DNA of 63,672 nt, filler included. It is 8 parts of 8 records of this genome, joined end to end, with 100 filler letters (N's around TTAATTAATTAA, not from the genome) between each part and the next. Parts side by side here need not be neighbours in the genome. Positions count along the whole stretch, not along the records: positions 57,295 to 63,672 come from SRR31156797_23259; 7 more parts are not named here. One strand, written 5' to 3'. Below the pieces are notes generated by a model. It saw only the letters and a program-made list of their open reading frames with translations, had not been told where the DNA came from and did no database searches. A program made the position numbers and the translations under genes. Below are positions 60,049 to 63,672 of the stretch, piece after piece (positions within the stretch are counted from its first letter, which is position 1; the number at the start of each line of letters is the position of its first letter).

Positions 60049-61089
60049 ATGACGCCATTGGAAAGAGTCGGTACTGTCCTGCAAGGTGGAATCCCTGATC
60101 GTGTTCCCGCTGCACCGTTGATCTGCGGCGCTTCCCGCAGAGTGTACGGTGTTACCTACGAAGAGTGGTCCCAGGATGGGGAAATCATGGCCAAGTCCAT
60201 GTTGCAGGCCCAGGACTTGATCGGGTTTGACGGCATCCTGGGTCTGGTGGACCTCTCGGTTGAGGCGGCGGACTTCGGCCAGAAAATGGTCTTCCCCATC
60301 GAAGACACGGCCCATCCCGATTATGACGACCCCTTCATCAAAACGCCGGATGACTTCTTTAAGATTGAACAGTTCGATCCCACCAAATCGCCGCGCATGA
60401 AGGAAGTGCTGAAGTACTATGACATCATTTGCAGCGATCGGGCCGACACCGTTCCCGTTATGGCGTTCGTGTACGGCCCTTTGGGGATTTTATCCATGAT
60501 GCGGGGCGCCGAGAACCTCTTCCGGGACTGCTATAAAAACAAGGAAGCGGTCATCAAGGCCCAGGAAACCATCACCCCCGTATTGATCGATTACATCAAA
60601 GCCATCAGCAAAACCGGCGCGCACGCCGTGGTGCTGGACACCCTGTTCGCGTCACAAACCATCATGCGCAAGGAGATGTGGAAGGAAATCGAGGGGCCCT
60701 TTACCACTCAGTTGGCCGACGCCATCCGCGATGCCGGTATGATGGTGATGGTCCACAATTGCGGCAACGGCATCTATTTCGATGCCCAGATCGAAGCCAT
60801 GGAACCGGTGGCCATCTCTTTTGCATATCCTGCCGACGACACCGCGGACATGCACCAACTGAAGGCAAAATACGGCAAGAAGACCTGTCTGTGCGGTTAT
60901 GTGAGCCCGGCCCAGTACGCCTTTCTGGGCACCCCGGAAGAGATGCTGCAGGAATGTAAAAAAGAGATCGAGGAATTGGGCAAGGACGGCGGTTTTATTC
61001 TGGCCACCGGCTGTGAGTTTCCGCCCAACGGATCGTTGATGAACGCCATGGCCATGATGGAGGCCGTTGAATTATATGGAAAATACTAG
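60049..61089 (+). CDS. MtaA/CmuA-like methyltransferase (URO-D superfamily)
   Basis: PDRVPAAP, DLSVEAADFG, Zn ligands HNCG and GCEFP; AAGGAGGT RBS. Confidence 0.88.
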   Translation: MTPLERVGTVLQGGIPDRVPAAPLICGASRRVYGVTYEEWSQDGEIMAKSMLQAQDLIGFDGILGLVDLSVEAADFGQKMVFPIEDTAHPDYDDPFIKTPDDFFKIEQFDPTKSPRMKEVLKYYDIICSDRADTVPVMAFVYGPLGILSMMRGAENLFRDCYKNKEAVIKAQETITPVLIDYIKAISKTGAHAVVLDTLFASQTIMRKEMWKEIEGPFTTQLADAIRDAGMMVMVHNCGNGIYFDAQIEAMEPVAISFAYPADDTADMHQLKAKYGKKTCLCGYVSPAQYAFLGTPEEMLQECKKEIEELGKDGGFILATGCEFPPNGSLMNAMAMMEAVELYGKY

Positions 61090-61117
61090 CCTGATACTTT
61101 GATGTAAACGGGATGAT

Positions 61118-61166
61118 CAGGATTGACAGGATGAACGCTCGGTTTTTGGCCGTCCTGTCAATCCTG
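61118..61166. terminator. Long stem-loop between convergent genes
   Basis: CAGGATTGACAGGATG...CGTCCTGTCAATCCTG. Confidence 0.6.
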
Positions 61167-61214
61167 TCTGCTTTTCTGACGGAAACCCCCTCCATAGATG
61201 TTCCCTTTGGGGTA

Positions 61215-62678
61215 TTAACGGGAGATTTCGCGTTGCGGATCCACTGGAATGTTGTGTTTTTTCATCTTCCTGTAAAGAAGGGTTCTGTGGATGCCGAGGA
61301 TCTGAGCTGCGCGGGTTTTGTTATAATGGGCGGATTCCAGGGCGTAGTGGATTGTCTCCTTCTCCGTCCTGGCGTGAACCGCCTTTAGTGAAGATTGACT
61401 GGATTTCCGCGACAACCCTTTCTTATGCAACAGATAAAACGGTAGGTCCCGGGAGTGAATGATATCTCCCTCCAACATGGACAGCGTTCTTTCCATCACA
61501 TTGGACAGTTCCCTTACATTGCCGGGCCAGTCATAATCCATTAAGGCTTCTTCCGCCTGATGATCCATCTCGATTTCGGAAAAACCGAAATCCTGCGAAA
61601 TCCGCCGGAGCAGGTGTTTGGCCAGAGGGATGATGTCTTCTTTTCGCTCTCGAAGGGGCGGGATCAGTATGGGGATTACGTTCAACCGATAGAAAAGGTC
61701 TTTACGGAACCGACGTTCCTCGATCATCTCTTCAAGATTCTGATTGGTGGCGGCAATGAGCCGAAACCCGGCACGGATCACATGGGTTCCTCCCAGGCGT
61801 TCAAACTCCTTCTCCTCCAGCACGCGAAGGAGCTTGGGCTGCATTTCCAAGGGGAGATCGCCGATTTCATCCAGAAACACGGTCCCGTCATGTGCCAGTT
61901 CAAGCTTGCCCGGCTTGCCCCCCGGCTGTGCCCCCGTAAAGGCGCCCCCCTCATAACCGAACAGCTCCGACTCCAGCAGGTCCTTGGGGATCGCCGAACA
62001 ATTGATCCGTACGAAGGGATTCATTTTTCTGGGACTGGCGCTATGGATGGCCTGTGCGAACAATTCCTTCCCGGTACCTGATTCACCCCATATCAACACG
62101 GGAAAGTGCGTGGCGGCAGCCCTGAGGGCCTCCTCTTTCAGCGAAGCTATGCAATGGCCCGCGCCCACAATGCTTTCAAGGGTATACCGCGTTGATCGAA
62201 GGGAGATCAGCTCTTTCTCATAATATTTCACTTTGGATTCCAAAAGGGAGAGTTTCCTTGCAAGCTTTCCCACGTCGCGGATATCCTTGAACATCACCTG
62301 GCCGTAAACGGCAATGACCTTCCCGTTTTTCTTGATGGGGAGCCGCTGAACCAGCATCTCATGACCATGGATCCGCTGTATGTGATTGATCTCGGGTATT
62401 CCCGTTTGGGCCACGATGTGCACGCGGCTGTTTTCGATTACCTCGGAAACGTGTTTTCCGATTTGCAATTCCGGTTCGACGCCCAGGAAACGGCCATAGG
62501 GCTTGTTAAAATAGAGGATTTTCCCTTCCGCATCCGTCACTACCGCGCCATCATAGATGCTGTCAAGAATGAGCTCAAAGATCTCCAGAGACTTGCGGCT
62601 TCCCTCATTTCCCATCTTTTTTCGGGGAGCGTTCTCGTTTTCTGCGGGGTTCCTCAGCCGATCTTGGCGCCTGCCCAT
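61215..62678 (-). CDS. PAS-containing sigma54-dependent activator
   Basis: GGAGG then ATG 62678; [29 protein letters not shown], Fis-type HTH. Confidence 0.95.
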   Translation of the reverse strand: MGRRQDRLRNPAENENAPRKKMGNEGSRKSLEIFELILDSIYDGAVVTDAEGKILYFNKPYGRFLGVEPELQIGKHVSEVIENSRVHIVAQTGIPEINHIQRIHGHEMLVQRLPIKKNGKVIAVYGQVMFKDIRDVGKLARKLSLLESKVKYYEKELISLRSTRYTLESIVGAGHCIASLKEEALRAAATHFPVLIWGESGTGKELFAQAIHSASPRKMNPFVRINCSAIPKDLLESELFGYEGGAFTGAQPGGKPGKLELAHDGTVFLDEIGDLPLEMQPKLLRVLEEKEFERLGGTHVIRAGFRLIAATNQNLEEMIEERRFRKDLFYRLNVIPILIPPLRERKEDIIPLAKHLLRRISQDFGFSEIEMDHQAEEALMDYDWPGNVRELSNVMERTLSMLEGDIIHSRDLPFYLLHKKGLSRKSSQSSLKAVHARTEKETIHYALESAHYNKTRAAQILGIHRTLLYRKMKKHNIPVDPQREISR

Positions 62679-62868
62679 AAGGTACCTCCGTATTAAAAAA
62701 TCTATATGTCCACTCTCTGCGACAGTCTGATCTATACACAAACCTTATCCCGCTGTCGAGAGAAAAGGGAAGTGAATTAGAAGTGAATTAAGTTACTCCC
62801 CTAAATCACGATGGATTTGTGCCCATAACCGGATGTGGAGATTTGATTCTGACCGGATGGAATGCTTT

Positions 62869-62884
62869 TGGTCTGGATTTTGCT
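62869..62884 (+). promoter_or_regulatory. Sigma54 -24/-12 promoter of the TRAP gene
   Basis: TGGTCT-GGATT-TTGCT, correct GG-N10-GC spacing, divergent from the activator. Confidence 0.65.
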
Positions 62885-62943
62885 TTGCCAACGGAAGCAT
62901 CGCGAATTCACTTGAAAACCAAAATTTAAGGGAGGAATAGGTT

Positions 62944-63672
62944 ATGAAAAAAATGATTTTTACGGTGATTTTCAGCTTTTTGTTTGTGGTCGTTTTTGGT
63001 TTTTCATCAGGCGCCGCAATGGCCAAGGAACGGAAGGTTCTCTTGAAAGTTCCCATCTGCTTTTCAACGGCCCTGCCGGGACTGGGTACGACCATCAAGT
63101 GGGTCGCCGACAGGATCGGCGTCGCCAGCAACGGGAGCATCAAAATGAAGATCTACGAACCGGGAAAGCTGGTTGCGCCGTTTGAGATTCTCGGCGCCGT
63201 ATCCAAAGGGAAGGTAAATGCGGGCTATGCCATATCCGGTTATTGGGAAGGGAAAATTCCCGGTTCTTCCATCTTCTCCACCGTCCCCTTCGGCCCGGAG
63301 GGGGGAGAATTTCTCGCCTGGATGTATTATGGAAACGGAAGGAAATTGTATCAGAAGATGTACGACGAGGCGGGATATAACGTGCATGTGATCCCGTGCG
63401 GCATTATCGCTCCCGAGACGGCCGGATGGTTCAAAAAGCCGATCGAATCCAAGGAGGACCTGAAGGGGCTCAAGATGCGTTTTTACGGTTTGGGAGGAAA
63501 GACCCTGCAGAAGCTGGGCGTGTCCGTTACCTTGATTCCCGGGGGTGAGATTTTCCCCGCCCTGGAGAAAAAGGCCATTGACGCCACGGAGTTCTCCATG
63601 CCCGCCATCGACACCAGGCTCGGATTTTACAAGGTGGCCAAATACAACTACTTCCCCGGCTGGCATCAGCAG
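62944..63672 (+). CDS. dctP: TRAP substrate-binding protein (TakP-like), runs off window end; missing from the ORF track
   Basis: GGAGG then ATG 62944; signal peptide; YEPGKLV, GYWEGK, VPFGP, GWFKKPI, LKGLKMR, PGWHQ. Confidence 0.92.
   Translation, partial: MKKMIFTVIFSFLFVVVFGFSSGAAMAKERKVLLKVPICFSTALPGLGTTIKWVADRIGVASNGSIKMKIYEPGKLVAPFEILGAVSKGKVNAGYAISGYWEGKIPGSSIFSTVPFGPEGGEFLAWMYYGNGRKLYQKMYDEAGYNVHVIPCGIIAPETAGWFKKPIESKEDLKGLKMRFYGLGGKTLQKLGVSVTLIPGGEIFPALEKKAIDATEFSMPAIDTRLGFYKVAKYNYFPGWHQQ

Noticed and set aside
22977-61089. Functional link between the reductive dehalogenase and the MtaA/CmuA-like methyltransferase or rpoN
   Set aside because: They lie on different contigs separated by spacers, so there is no evidence of a shared genome
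51389-63666. Antisense ORFs such as 51389-52414, 52861-53898 and 63064-63666
   Set aside because: They lie opposite well-supported MFS, sulfatase and TRAP genes

Overview
This is not one genome. It is eight unrelated contigs joined by seven identical 100-bp spacers (N44-TTAATTAATTAA-N44), so no linkage can be inferred across a spacer. Taxonomic labels are inferences from protein families and composition. (1) 1-6762, methanogenic archaeon (Methanosarcinaceae-like): hppA, an iron-sulfur flavoprotein/HxlR pair, small Cys-rich proteins and a candidate anti-Shine-Dalgarno sRNA. (2) 6863-13114, very AT-rich, Campylobacterota-like mobile replicon: a 1087-aa AEP primase-polymerase/SF2 helicase fusion followed by six 31-bp iteron-like repeats, with divergent PIN and TPR cargo genes. 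(3) 13215-29981, Desulfobacterales-like: housekeeping genes, then a mosaic island. It holds a Vat/CatB acetyltransferase with an attC-like tail, a sigma54-controlled rdhA-rdhB-rdhC plus outer-membrane channel operon, and decayed genes, all bracketed by two diverged copies of a 160-180 bp leader element. (4) 30082-36768, Desulfovibrionaceae-like: rpmA, obgE, a single-gene molybdenum-storage-protein homologue, PadR, MFS, proB. (5) 36869-43736: ptsN, rpoN, mreBCD, mrdA, rodA. (6) 43837-49735: TonB2/Ttp-like cluster plus an acidic surface protein. (7) 49836-57194, possibly spirochaete: TRAP-sulfatase cluster and an Xis-type HTH/ABC-ATPase fusion with 10-bp phased repeats upstream. (8) 57295-63672, Desulfobacterales-like: two-component system, MtaA/CmuA-like methyltransferase, sigma54 activator and TRAP binding protein. 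Best candidates for undescribed systems are the primase-helicase replicon with its repeat array, the HTH-ABC fusion regulator, and the repeat-bracketed rdh/cassette island.
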